Of a stretch of DNA of 64,000 nt, positions 45,549 to 57,600 are shown piece after piece (position 1 is the first letter of the stretch; each line of letters opens with the position of its first letter). The DNA is from Minutocellus sp. GHC0000111 (taxonomy: Eukaryota): the NCBI GenBank assembly GCA_977018835.1, contig OZ361256.1:3844001-3908000 (forward strand), given 5' to 3'. A model generated the notes under the pieces. The model did no database searches. It was not told where the DNA came from and was given only the letters and a program-made list of their open reading frames with translations. Made by a program: the position numbers and the translations under genes.

Positions 45549-47287
45549 CTAAGGCATCCAACTGTCGACAGTCTGGTTCATTAGACTCGAAGTGTTGAGT
45601 ACAACTCTATCCTCATTCTTGCTCTCACCAATCTTGGCCTGCTCGAAAAGGACGTCGTCCGATTCGAACTTAAGGCTCTTATCGCTGGTGATGGAGGGCT
45701 GCTTGGCGCCAGTGACGCTCGTCCAATCCTCGTCGGCAATGTCGTCATCGTTGGCGGCATATGCGCTATCGCGATCGTCCTTACTGGCGCTCATTACGTC
45801 CTTGCGGATGGCTTCGCAAAGGATGGAAAGGCGGAGGGTGCCCTGGAAGGGATCCTCAATACTATGGCCAATCTGATACACACCAAAGAGTAGCCAGGCG
45901 GTAGCGCCCATGATCGGGCCAGTCATCAAACCGTAATCTCGAATGAGGGCAAACGGCAACGTAAAGAGCCACATGGTAAGAGATCGGAGAGAATGCCTGG
46001 CGTAGTTGAGAGGGACGGCCGTCTGATGGATCCGCTCACATTCTCCGATGGCGTTGCTGAGCTGCTCCACCTTGCTGAGCATGGTTAGACGCTCTCGGCT
46101 GGTCCAGTTGTCGCTGTAGGCGACGGATGCAATTTCCCTGCCAAGTCGATCGCAGGTCCAGAGAGGACGGTTCTTGGCTCCAGCAACCTTGGCCAGTGCC
46201 ATATCGGGAAAGAGTGACCAGGGCAACGTCGTCTTGTCGACCCAACACTCGCTGGTCAGTCCACCCTGCAGAATCTCGGCGTTGGTTGAGCCACCGTTGG
46301 TCTTATCGTTATCGTGACGCGTCTCGACGGGCTCAATCAAAGGCTCGGGAAGGAGGATCCGGTTCTCCTTGGGAATATTCTTACCATTGCACTCCAAGCA
46401 TTTGGGTCGGATGTGATGACGGAGCAGGTAGGGGAAGGCCGCCAGAAGCTGCGTGATTCTGGATCGGCGAGCATCTCCAATGTCCTGCCGGTACAGGTTC
46501 ATCATCCTCGACAGATTGCGGCTCTCGGACAATATTCTTTCCCAGATTCGTCGACCCTCCTGCAAGGTTAGTAGTAGTGAAACATCATAGTCAAATTGGT
46601 GAGGGCAAGATTGAACGAATCTAATGAATCTGTGAGGGCCCAACCACCAAATCGCTAAAACGAAAAGTGTCGTTTGGATCTTTTTTTTCGACATCGAATC
46701 TGTTGAATCTATCTATCCGACGAAAGAAAACTTACCGCAAAGCGTTGGTACGCGCTGTTGGTACGGAATACCAGGAGAAGGCCAAGGGAGCTGACCAGGA
46801 AGGAATGGGCGGTGGCCCCCACCTGCAGCTTGCTGCCCATGCTGGCCCAGACAGGATTGGCACTGGTCAGCAGCAGCCGATGGACGACGGACACGAAGGT
46901 CGACCACCCCATGACGGCCAGGACCGGAGCCTTAATGTCGCGCAAAATGCTGGAGTGAGGCAGAGAGGCGACGTTGTGGATCCAATCCTTGGCCGAATGG
47001 CGGTGGTTGACCTGGGGCAGGTAGGGCTGTCCCGAGCCATCGGTGGCAATGGATGCAGTAGCGCTACCGGAAGCAGCGGGGGAGTCGCCGGTACCAAAGA
47101 GGTACGAGGCCGAAACGTGCAGTTGCGTTTCGGCGACGACGCTGGTTCGAGGTCGGCGAAGAGAGGAAGTAGCGGTGGTGACCGTAGAAGTCGTGGTCGA
47201 GGCTGGGACAAAGGCCGAGGCCGTCGATAGATAGCAGCAAAGGGTCAGGGCCACTCGCCTCTTGGAAGACATTTTCGGGCGACTCAT
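45549..47287 (-). CDS. Plastid-targeted bestrophin-like anion/bicarbonate channel (UPF0187/BST/VCCN family); intron 46560-46735
   Basis: Signal peptide plus ASAF motif (TASAFVP). LGLLLVFRTNSAYQRFA|EGRRIW joins across a GTAAG...CAG intron. CERIHQTAVPLNYARH and IEDPF follow. Confidence 0.9.
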
Positions 47288-47718
47288 AATATGTTGAATC
47301 TTTGTATTGTGTCCGACTGAAAAGACTGGAGGTGAAACAGCAACGGCTGGTACGAATCGAATCTGAATCGAATCTCGACAATCCAACGAATTGACGACGA
47401 GGAAACGAGGATCAAACTTTCGAGGAAACGAAAGGGACCTTTGGTTATTGCTTCGGTACGTTGCAAATGAGCATGTGGTGCGGGTATTAGCGAGGAGAGA
47501 AGGGGCACAATTGTGCGGTACTGTGGATCGGATGGCTGGAGATTCGTTCCTCGGAGTTGCGAAAGGTGCACCGCTGTGATGTAACGCAACTTGTGCGTGT
47601 CGATGGACTCAATCGACTCAACTCCATCGTTTAAACCTTAGCAAAAGGAAGGGGGGAAAGAGTGGAAATGTCTCCTCCTTTCTACTTTTCACTTTTACCA
47701 TTTTTTTTCGTCCGTTTG

Positions 47719-47759
47719 CGCCGGCATCGCCCCAAAGTCGCCGGCATCGCCCCAAAGTC
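47719..47759. repeat. Perfect 20-bp tandem repeat x2 (CGCCGGCATCGCCCCAAAGT) in a divergent promoter
   Basis: Seen directly in the sequence between the bestrophin and zinc-finger gene starts. Confidence 0.85.
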
Positions 47760-47901
47760 AAGGTCGGAGTGAAGTTTTTTGAGATTGCCTGTGAGTTGCG
47801 CCACAAAATTCAAGTCCATGAAGCCCTGACGCCCTGACCTTGTTGCATGCATGCCAACCTTGTGCCGAATTCCCACCGATACCAGTAGCAGGGCAAAGAG
47901 C

Positions 47902-49749
47902 ATGGACAGCGGTGGATTGGACTTCCTGGTCAAGGCGGCCGAAGAGAGGACGTCGCCCTCCGGTGTTGTCAGGCCAGCGGTGGGACCGACGGCCTCCCAC
48001 GCCGTCTCCCCGAACAGCAATGGAGCAGAAGGCGTCACGAACAGTCCAGTCACAACTCCTCTGGGCGCGGCAAAATCTGCCGCTTCTACTACAACCTTGC
48101 CCACTGCGGCGCAGACCGGCCATCCTCCCGCTGATAACAGCGCGGACGATGCAGGCTACGTCGCGGTGGTGGGGACCAAGCGTTCGGCCGATGTGCGCGA
48201 TGCGGCCGCCGCCGTCGCCGGCCTCGGCGGGAGAGTTGTGCCGCCGGCTCCCGTCTCGACGGCCCTGCCGCCGGCTCCTCCCCCACCGGGTGCAGCGGTG
48301 GCTCCGGTGCCAGGCGTAGCAGCGGCAGCAGCGCCGGGTGGATATTATTACGGGCATTACGAATACGCCTACCCACCGTCTGCTCCCTACGAGTACGGCG
48401 ACTACGGTCGATCACATGCACAGGGGGTGTACGCCTATGGCCCTCCTCCTCATCATCATCCCACTGCGCCTGGCACGTACTCGTACCATCCTCATGCTCA
48501 TGCTCATGCTCATCATGGGCCGCCGCCGCCTCCACCTCCACCTCCGCCGCACATGATGGCGCATCATCCTCCGCACTACCACCATCACCATCCTCACATG
48601 TATCCACCGCCGCCGCACATGGCACCGCCGCCGCATGTTCAAGGGACGCCTCATTCTCATCCTCACTCTCACCTTCCGCCGCCTCCTCCTCCCCATGGGA
48701 CGGCGTACTCGGCGTACTATCACCATCATCCCCATCCCGTCCCTCTGGTGACACCTCCTGCTGCTGCAGCTGCTACTACATCTAGTAGTACTACCAGTAT
48801 GACTGCTGCGGGTACATCCACAGCCGATCCCACCAAGGTCACGTGGGAAACAATCTCCAAGAGGCTCAAGACTTCTCCTCGAACTGCTACTGCTACTGCT
48901 ACTACTACTACTACTACTACTGATAACAGTGGTGATGCAACGGCGAGCGGTAGCAAGTCAGGGGAGATCCACGATGCGGCGACCAAGCTCACGGCGATTC
49001 TGAGCCCCGAGAGCTCACCAGAGTCCAAGAATACTGCTCGCGGCAGCCCCAAGAGTCCCAAAAGTCCCAAGGGGTCCTCGGTATCTGCATCTGCATCGGC
49101 TGCCATCAACAAGCCCGCTCATCATCGGCGCACATCGAGCGGAGGGAGCAGCGGCAGCACCCGTGTCCGGCGCAAGTGCACCATCGACGGATGTCCCAAC
49201 CGCGTCGTGCAGGGAGGCCTTTGCATCTCCCACGGGGCCAAGCGGAAGCAGTGCACCCACCCCGGCTGTACCAAGAACGTCAAGAAGGCCGGCCTTTGCA
49301 GCAGCCACGGCCCGGCCCGGAAGAAGTGCGAGGCCGAGGGCTGCACCAGGGTGGCCGTCCGGGGTGGCAAGTGCATCCGCCACGGGGCCAAGCGCCGATC
49401 GTGCGCCGTGCCGGACTGCACCAAGCAGGCCGTCATCCTGGGGATGTGCAAGCGTCATCATGATCAGTACCAGCGCGACAAGAAGCTGGAGGAGGAGACT
49501 CGGTCTCTGATGCAAATGAAGGGGGGTAAGGCAGCAACAACAACGGCGGCGAAGATAACTGCTGCCGCCGATGCCGATGCCGCCAAGGGCACGTTGTCTC
49601 CCGAGGAGGTGGACGCGGAAGTGGAGAGGAAGGTGAGGGAGGAAATGGAAATGGGCAATGATGATGCACGCCCATCACTGGGTGCTGATGTTGAAGATGA
49701 TAGCAAAGATCAAGCAGCTGTTGGAGTCGGTGCTGTGGCAGAGATATGA
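47902..49749 (+). CDS. His/Pro-rich protein with four Cx4Cx8CxxH(G) zinc-finger repeats (WRKY19-like C-terminal repeat family); probable transcription regulator
   Basis: CTIDGCPNRVVQGGLCISHG, CTHPGCTKNVKKAGLCSSHG, CEAEGCTRVAVRGGKCIRHG and CAVPDCTKQAVILGMCKRH. N-terminal LDFLVKAA motif. An upstream ATG at 47851 is also possible. Confidence 0.8.
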   Translation: MDSGGLDFLVKAAEERTSPSGVVRPAVGPTASHAVSPNSNGAEGVTNSPVTTPLGAAKSAASTTTLPTAAQTGHPPADNSADDAGYVAVVGTKRSADVRDAAAAVAGLGGRVVPPAPVSTALPPAPPPPGAAVAPVPGVAAAAAPGGYYYGHYEYAYPPSAPYEYGDYGRSHAQGVYAYGPPPHHHPTAPGTYSYHPHAHAHAHHGPPPPPPPPPPHMMAHHPPHYHHHHPHMYPPPPHMAPPPHVQGTPHSHPHSHLPPPPPPHGTAYSAYYHHHPHPVPLVTPPAAAAATTSSSTTSMTAAGTSTADPTKVTWETISKRLKTSPRTATATATTTTTTTDNSGDATASGSKSGEIHDAATKLTAILSPESSPESKNTARGSPKSPKSPKGSSVSASASAAINKPAHHRRTSSGGSSGSTRVRRKCTIDGCPNRVVQGGLCISHGAKRKQCTHPGCTKNVKKAGLCSSHGPARKKCEAEGCTRVAVRGGKCIRHGAKRRSCAVPDCTKQAVILGMCKRHHDQYQRDKKLEEETRSLMQMKGGKAATTTAAKITAAADADAAKGTLSPEEVDAEVERKVREEMEMGNDDARPSLGADVEDDSKDQAAVGVGAVAEI

Positions 49750-50768
49750 GATTATGCTTTATTGGATCGATTGGATTTGATTGAATTTGATTTTGTGCAC
49801 ATTGGAATTGAATGTGGTTTGAGATTCAGATTATCAGGAAAGATATAAAAAGAGAAAGGAGAAAGATGAGAGATGATTGACGATAACGAAGAAAGTTCTC
49901 TCGTCTTTTCTCAATGCCAGTACCGGAAGATCTAGAGGAGTCTGCTGGTACAGGTTATGATTTATGTTTTGTTTATGTTTTAACAACCGGATGGAACCTA
50001 TGCACTCGAAAACAGGGGTATGAATAGCGCTACGTTTTCGAGCATGAGTTAAACTAATGGGCTACATATTTTTTATATGCATTTACTATCAATAGGGATC
50101 CCTAGCTAGTAGATCTAGTGCGTGCGATCGTATTTTATGTGTGGCATTTATGTTTTGAACAACCGGATGGAACTCGTAAACTCGTACACTCAACTCAAAG
50201 AAACAACGTTTGATTCTAAATACCATGATATATTTCAATCTCTAAACATGCAAATGTGTCTGAGAAGCAACAGCCTGTTTGTGAGTACTCTTGCTTTGTG
50301 GGCAATTTCCTGGAGCTACCGGTAGCGCTTCCTGCCAAACTTGCGACTGCCAAGGAACCCGCCACCGCCACCAGTTTCTTCTTCTTGGGGGAAGTTTCAT
50401 TCAGTGACGAGGCAATGCGCGTGGCGGTGCTCTGGTTGGATGAAACCCGTCCGTACACTCATCAAATACTAGCTAGCTAGGAATTCCTAGTCTATCTAGA
50501 TGTAGCTACGTAGTACATGTAGGGGTGTAACGAGAATCATCGAGAGAACTGCAGAACCAAAAAAACACGGCCCAGCCAGCAAGAGGGAGAAAATCCGCCT
50601 GTCCGTCGTCATCATTCCCCAAAACACCCGGTGCCTTAGCTTGAAACCTGCGTGTGAGCTTTGCTTGCTTGCGTGGTGCTGAAGGAAGCGGAGCTCGATC
50701 ACATCATGTTCCGTTTGGTGGGATACAACCGTTGGTGGTGCAAGGCAATTTGAATGTCCAAGCGCATC

Positions 50769-52596
50769 ATGGCAGACCAATACGATGTTGATGATACGGG
50801 TGGGTGGGATGCCACCCACGAGGCCGCCGCCGCGGCGGCCGCGGCCCATGCCGCTGGTGAGTTGGGTTTTCATGTTTGGTGATTTTTTTAGACACATGCG
50901 TCCCCGCAAGGAATTATGTGTCATGCAGCATTCTTCGTAAGGATGTGTTGGGTTGGTGTCATTGGATTTGAGTTTCGCCCACCGAGAAAGAAGAAATGGT
51001 ATTTGCATGATGTGATTGTGGCAGCTCTGCCTCTCTGTCCTGTGGGACGAACTGGTACCCAGCCATCCAATCCCATCTTGTTCTACCTTTCTCACCGTTT
51101 GAATTGCACTTGTTCCCTTCAATATCGCAGCCCACGCAGCTCATGCATCATGGCACCACCGCAGATCCTGTCCTAGCCGCCGCCACGGCGGCTGCCATGG
51201 ATGCAGCCGGCGGACAAGAAGATGTGGACGAGGATGCCACCGAGGCGGCTGTGGCGGTGGCCGCCGTCCTTCCCGGCGAGGAGCACGACGCCGACGCCAT
51301 GGCCGGCCGAAGCACATGCTGCCGCCGCGGCGGTTGAGGCGCATCATCACCACAGCCATCATCATCATCATTTGGGACATCATCATCACCACCACCACGG
51401 AGAAGTGGGAGTGGAGGAGGAAGATGTAGTGGATCATGCCGCAGTCGACCACCACCACCACCAGCAAATTCACCATGTCGTCGCTCCTATGGTAATCGGT
51501 ACCAAGACCCGGAAAAATTTCGACGAGCGCTTGAAGGAGCTGCGAAAGTTCAAACAAAAGCATGGACATGCGAATGTTCCGCAGAAGTATCCTCCAAACC
51601 CGCAACTTGGAACTTGGTACGTTTGATGAGTGGTCTATTAGTATAGTTTCATTTGAAGTTTTTCATTTTGGGAAGGATCTCACAATCCTTTACTATTCCT
51701 TATGGATTCGATTCATCATTACTTGCTACTGTGATTGATTAATTGCATTGCCTTTGCGTGGCAGGGTCGACACTCAGCGCCGTCTCTACCGCATGCACAA
51801 GCGTAATCCTTCGAAGCCTTGTACTCTCACCCCTGAGAATATTCAGAAGCTACTTGACGTAGGGTTCAACTTTGAGCCTCGTTCGTCTCGCGAGGAGTCC
51901 TGGAATACCCGTCTCGCCGAACTGGCTCAGTTCAGGAGCCAACATGGCCACTGCAACGTCCGAGAGGACGACCAAACCTTCCCCGGCCTCGGAAAGTGGG
52001 TTTCTTACATCCGTCGTCAGTACCGCCTCATCCGCCAGGGTCGCAAGCCCAAGGAGTCCAAACGTCTGTCTCCCGCGAGGATGCAGCAGCTTCGCAAAAT
52101 TGGCTTCATATTCGAGCTCCGCGAGGAGATGGCCCACAAGCGCTTTCGGGAGGGCATTAATGCTCTCCGTGAATTCATCAACGAACACGGCCACGCCTCC
52201 GTCCCTGGCTTTTACGAGAAGAACCCGACCCTGGGCCTAGTCGTCGAGGAAATGAAGAGGGAGGGAGCCAAGCTCCAGATGGGTCAGCCGTCAACAATGC
52301 CCGAGGACATGCTTTCCGATCTCATCGATCTAGGCATCGTCGGAGCTCACGCGGCACCACCCGAGCTTGGAGATCCACACGGAGATGATGTCGGCCATCA
52401 CCACATCGGTGATGATGAGGTCGGCGGCCATCACCACGATGCAACCGATGTCCCCGCTGAGGTCACTGCGGCGGCGGCGGCCGCTGCGGCTGCTGCGGTC
52501 ACTTTACCAGACGTGGATGTTCCCCCGGATCATCACGGAGAAATCCATGAAGGGCATCCTGACGATGTCCTCCATTCCAATACTACGGCGATCTAA
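50769..52596 (+). CDS. Helicase-associated (HA) domain protein with three HA repeats and His-rich regions; introns ~50857-51130 and 51617-51764; indels in the 5' part
   Basis: FDERLKELRKFKQKHGHANVP...LGTW|VDTQR, WNTRLAELAQFRSQHGHCNV...LGKWVSYIR and FREGINALREFINEHGHASVP. Canonical splice sites restore W-V. Confidence 0.8.
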
Positions 52597-53022
52597 TCCA
52601 TTTCATACAGATATGCACCCTTTGCAAATGAAAGCCCCCAGATGCAGAAGGGAGGAAAGAGACACATGTAAGGTCAACCAACCCTGCAACCCCCACAAAG
52701 GAGTTGGTTGTTGAGAAACAAAAATTTGATTCAGTGTTATATATTCAGGAGATTGAAAGTGTTCTTAGTTATAGATCTAACTGTGAAGTAAAATGTATAT
52801 ATTCCTAGCCCTCACCAAGAGCGAGCGATAGACCATCTGGGCATCTGGGTGATCATCATGGCTCATTGATTGTCGCGTCCGTCATCGTCGTGTCATGTCG
52901 TCAAGCGTGCATACCAATGACCCAGTCGCTGCGAGCCCTCGGCGCCACATGCGTATGCGTCATTCGCATTCGCAGTCACTGCTGTACTAGACTAGTATCC
53001 ATCGTTACATTTTCGAGTCCCA

Positions 53023-54534
53023 ATGATGCCTCGCCAAGTGACGAGCAGTGTCTCCAGAGCTCGGGTCCTTGCGTTGATTGCTATTGCTAGTAGTTTCCAG
53101 CCTGCTGGCGCATGCGCCTTTGTCGTTGCGCCAGCCAAATCGTTCGCAACCAAAGCTACAATGATGATGAGTTCCGCTGATGGCAGGAATAGTGATGCCA
53201 AGTCAGTTGCCGTCATCGGTGGAGGCATTGCAGGACTAGCATGCGCGGCGACGTTGTCCAAGTCAGACAAGTACATTCCAACGGTGTTTGATACTGGAAG
53301 GCTCAGACCGGGAGGTCGCTGCTCGTCTCGATTGCCTGGTGACCAAGGCACAAAGGATGGTGCCAGCAAGAGTCAGATTTTGGACAGCATTGTGATAGAT
53401 CATGCGGCCCAAATTCTAACTATCCCCAAAGGCAAAGGCTTTGAGGCATTCGAAGAGCAAGTCAGACAGCGGGAAGCCGATGGTGTACTTAAGAAATTTC
53501 CAGATGGGTCGGTTTGTGATATTGTTGATGGAAAGGGCGGCGAATCCTTTCGGCTCAAGAAAGTAAATGGCGAAATGTGGTATGGAAACGGTGGTATGAG
53601 TGCTGTTCCTCAAGCCATTGCTTCGGGCAAGAACGAATTTAGGATTGAACAAGATGCGTGGGTGAGCCCGGGCAACGGCGTGAAATTCAATGGCGACAAA
53701 GGTAGGCCATTGTGGCGTGTACAGAGAAACGGAAAGCCACTCGGTACATTCGACGAGCTGGTTATCGCCCACAACGGGAAGTGTGCGGATAGGCTCATGT
53801 CCAAAACGCCAGCAAGGAAGCTCCACAGCTTGCTTCGAACAAATTTTGCGCCAACGGTCCCAAAGTGGGGAGGAAAACGCATGACTTTGAACAGCATCTA
53901 TTCGTATTCTTTTGCCATCAAAAAGGATGGATCGCCTTTAAGCGAAAAGCTGGGGGAAGAGGTTATATCCTGTTATGTAAAAAATCACCCAAAGCTCCGC
54001 TTTCTGACTTGTCAGACTAGAAAGGAAAATGATGGACAAAAGATAAAGAATGATCGCTTTGAGGTTTGGACAGTATTGAGCTCGCCGACGTTCGCGAAGA
54101 AATTCAAAGCACCCCAGGAAAATATCCCGAGTGACACAGTCGAAGAAGTAAGCAGCCTTCTTCTGCAGGCCATCTCAGAAAGTCTGGGTCTCTCACCCGA
54201 CTCTTTGAGGAAGGAACATATATTGGACAGCAAACTACAGCTATGGGGAGCGGCTGTGCCTCTAAACACTTGGAAGACCAACAGCACTGCTACCGGTGAA
54301 ACGGAAGTCTCTGCAGCTGAATCTGGAATTTTGTTTGATTCAGATTTCGGTGTTGGTGCCTGTGGAGACTGGCTGCTGGATTCCTCAATCGGAGGAGCTT
54401 GGACGAGTGGAGTGCGGCTGGCGGAATATATGATGGATGATAAACACAGCTCGTTGAGTGCAGGCCTTCCACCACATGGCGAATTTACTGCATCTCGAGC
54501 TGCTCACCAAGCAGGAATTGGAAGTATTCGCTGA
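53023..54534 (+). CDS. Renalase-like FAD/NAD(P)-dependent oxidoreductase, probably plastid-targeted
   Basis: VAVIGGGIAGLACA, GGRCSSR, DHAAQ and GACGDW...GAWTSG. The N-terminal signal is followed by an ACAF (ASAF-like) motif. Confidence 0.85.
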   Translation: MMPRQVTSSVSRARVLALIAIASSFQPAGACAFVVAPAKSFATKATMMMSSADGRNSDAKSVAVIGGGIAGLACAATLSKSDKYIPTVFDTGRLRPGGRCSSRLPGDQGTKDGASKSQILDSIVIDHAAQILTIPKGKGFEAFEEQVRQREADGVLKKFPDGSVCDIVDGKGGESFRLKKVNGEMWYGNGGMSAVPQAIASGKNEFRIEQDAWVSPGNGVKFNGDKGRPLWRVQRNGKPLGTFDELVIAHNGKCADRLMSKTPARKLHSLLRTNFAPTVPKWGGKRMTLNSIYSYSFAIKKDGSPLSEKLGEEVISCYVKNHPKLRFLTCQTRKENDGQKIKNDRFEVWTVLSSPTFAKKFKAPQENIPSDTVEEVSSLLLQAISESLGLSPDSLRKEHILDSKLQLWGAAVPLNTWKTNSTATGETEVSAAESGILFDSDFGVGACGDWLLDSSIGGAWTSGVRLAEYMMDDKHSSLSAGLPPHGEFTASRAAHQAGIGSIR

Positions 54535-54658
54535 ATACAAAATATGCGCTATTTATTAAAGAACTACATAAGACGGAATTCGTACGACACTCAGTAATCT
54601 ATGTTCCGGACTTGCAAGCAATCCCTGGACAGCGATATCATACACCTTTCTGCAAAAA

Positions 54659-57600
54659 TTAGGACTTTGCCACCGTCAATCGGATCTTCGTGATAGCACT
54701 TCCTCCATCGAGACCTTTTGCTCGTCTCTGCTGCGCTGTACTTGCTACCCATCCTCCACTCCTCCAGGCGGCATCCTTGGCAACCAACGGCAGCGGTTTG
54801 CCAATATCTTGGCTGGTGCTTGTGAGTGTTTCGACAGCGACGTTTGGGGCCGCCGCCTTTTCACTCTTGTGGAATTCGAACGAGCGTTTGGACATTTCTC
54901 CTCGCCATCTCTGTCGATCAATCTCGCTATCGGCAATTGCCTTCAGCCCCATGCAAGCATTCTCTTCTTCGTTCAATGCATCCTTCTCTTCCGCCGTAAA
55001 TTTCATAACTTTGTCAGCACCGAGCTCGAGGTACCGCTTTGTTCCGGCGATGCCATCCCAGGACTGCACCCTGAGGACGGCAATGCAGGTTTTGGACCAA
55101 ATCCACTGCCAAAGGGAAAGGAGACTGCATCGAAGTTGTCCGTCCTGTGAGCAGACTCCGGGCTTAGACGATTCCCTTGCGGTTGTGGGAGATGTTTCTC
55201 CGTTGATTGTCCTCCAAAGCGTTGTTGCAAATCTGGCAACACGAACAACAGTAACGTCGCTCGATGCTTGATCTCGTCCAGCCATTTTCATCGTACGCAG
55301 GCCTTGTCTGGCGCCATCGTTTACCGCGTTCGCAGCCGGGTATGTATCCTCAGAAACAGATAGTAGAAAAGCACTGCCATTGTCTCCACCATGGCTGGCT
55401 CCAAGTGGACCCTGTGTAAATCGAGAGGAACTGGTGCAAAGATCATTCCTCCCGCCGACGATTGCTGCTCTTTGCATCGAGCAAACTTTTCCGGTGCATG
55501 CATCAAACATCAAAGCAACGAGAGACTGGCGCAACCCGGGGGATGTTGTGGGTTCTTGAATTCTGTCCAGTAAAAATTCTAGAGCGGTAAGGAGGCCAAG
55601 AGAATCAGTACTTTGGTCATTGAGGCGATCTGCCGCGCAGCATATACAGGTGACAGCCTGAGCCGCAGCTGCCCTTGTCGCATCTGCTCGCACAGGTCTG
55701 CTATCGAAAATTTCAGCATAGTATCTGGCGGTGGATGCTTGTTCTGCTTTTGTGTGATGATTATCGTCATCGTGGATCTTGCGTTTAGATGGTGACCCAC
55801 TGCTCGCATTGTGCTTGATGTCTGCTGCTGCTGGGACCTCGGCGGGTCCTGCATCGCTTGTGCTTTGACGCAAAAGCGCCAAGGATACGAGAGCAGTGAT
55901 GGCGCATGCTGATACAGTAGAATAGCAGCCCGATCCGACTCCGGTCATGGTATCGGCCTCAGCCTCCAGCCTCACATCTTCTCTGTAGAGATCCCACTCC
56001 AGCCAACGATGGCACAGCGCCATCAGCGGCAAAATTGGATGCTGGAACGAAGGAATACTCGTAGTACCAGGTCCTCCTACTGCGGGATCGTCCGGTTGAG
56101 CAGGGCGGACATTGACATGGCACAAGGCCAGAAGTGAATCTGCCAGCGATGTCGCAGATACATAAGGAGCGTCCATGAGGTCCTCTGTCCAGTCAGAGCT
56201 ATCAGCTTGATCATCATCGCCCTTATCTTCTTGATCAATACTACGGCGAAGACGCTTCTTCCGGACAAGGCTGTCATCGCTGGGTGGAATGATATTTCCC
56301 GAAATAGATCCATCTCCTGAGCTCAGAATGTTAGTAAGGAATCGAATGACAGCAGGTGGCGTACGACCATCCTTTGCTCGAATTGAGGCGATGGCTGAAA
56401 TTACTGCCGAACGGACGCGATATTCTTCGTCCTCCTCGAACTGGACTGCCTCCGCCAATTCAATCATGCTCGCACGCTCCGATGGCTCCGTCATGGAGTC
56501 GAGATAAATGTAGTCACCCATTGCAGACCTTTCATCGCCCACATTATCTCCTCCAAGATTCTTTTTCTTTGCTGTCTTGCAGACTGTGCGGGTATAATGG
56601 ACGGGCATGACTGTGTCGCCATCCATCCATCGTTCCTTGAAATATTGCAGGAGAAGATCAAGTCCGACCCATGCATCTCCCCCAACAATATCAATGGAGT
56701 CAGGGGCTTTATTGTTCTGCCATTGTGCAATGGCTAGTGCTGCTTGAACTCTCACTGCTGGGGTGTGAGGCAGATCTCGCTGAAGTGTCGCCGAGCCGCG
56801 AAGGCAATCGCCCAGCACTCGGACGGGAAGCTCTGCAACGTCGACGTCAAAGATCGTCTTGACCTGAACCGAGCCTTGAATGCGATGGGGCCGTTCTGCA
56901 AGCGCTCTGATGGATTCAACCTGCGAAATTGCCTCTCCATCATGAAAGAGCTTCTCCGCAAGGCAGCTATCGGGCTGAAAGATCGATACACGACCATCAT
57001 ACATGAAGTGAGGGTCAATGCTGACCCAAAGAAGAGGAGTTCGGTTCGTGAGACGAATGAGCTCTATCGCCTGATAGCCCATGCTATGAAGCATGGTGTC
57101 TGGTGTGAAGATGGACTGGGAGGGGAGGGCAGCTCTTGCGCTTCCTTCCGTAGGATCGGTTCCCCCAGAGGCCGAGGAACCACCACCAGCCGCCCCCGAT
57201 GCCGCACCAGGAGACTTGGGACCACTTGCTCCACTTTCAATCGTTCCACTGGCCGCCGTTTGCTGTTTCTGGGTCGTGACGGGTTTGGCATGTAAAAAAA
57301 TTGGTCCCCAATCGGCTCTGCTACCATCAACAGGTACCGTCTTGACAAATTCACGGCACTGTCCTTCATTTTCAATGACTCGAATTGTAATGGGACCCCC
57401 ATAGTTGATTCCTCCCATTGGGACGACAGGCTCAACGAAAACTACGAGGGACGTCCCTTTCATGGCCAGAGGACCAGAGCCACCTCCCGCGGTGTCGGAT
57501 GCCCCGCCTCCACCAGCTGGTTCGACGTGGACCCCGACACGCAGGTAAAGTGATGATGCACCGCGCACAAATGAGTTGGGGAAGCTCTCAGGCTCTACGA

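Noticed and set aside
48883..48921. (ACT/GCT)n microsatellite
   Set aside because: It simply encodes a poly-Thr/Ala tract in the zinc-finger protein.
50216..50458. 80-aa minus-strand ORF with a KKKK stretch
   Set aside because: It is short, has a non-ATG start and no recognisable domain; at most a gene fragment.
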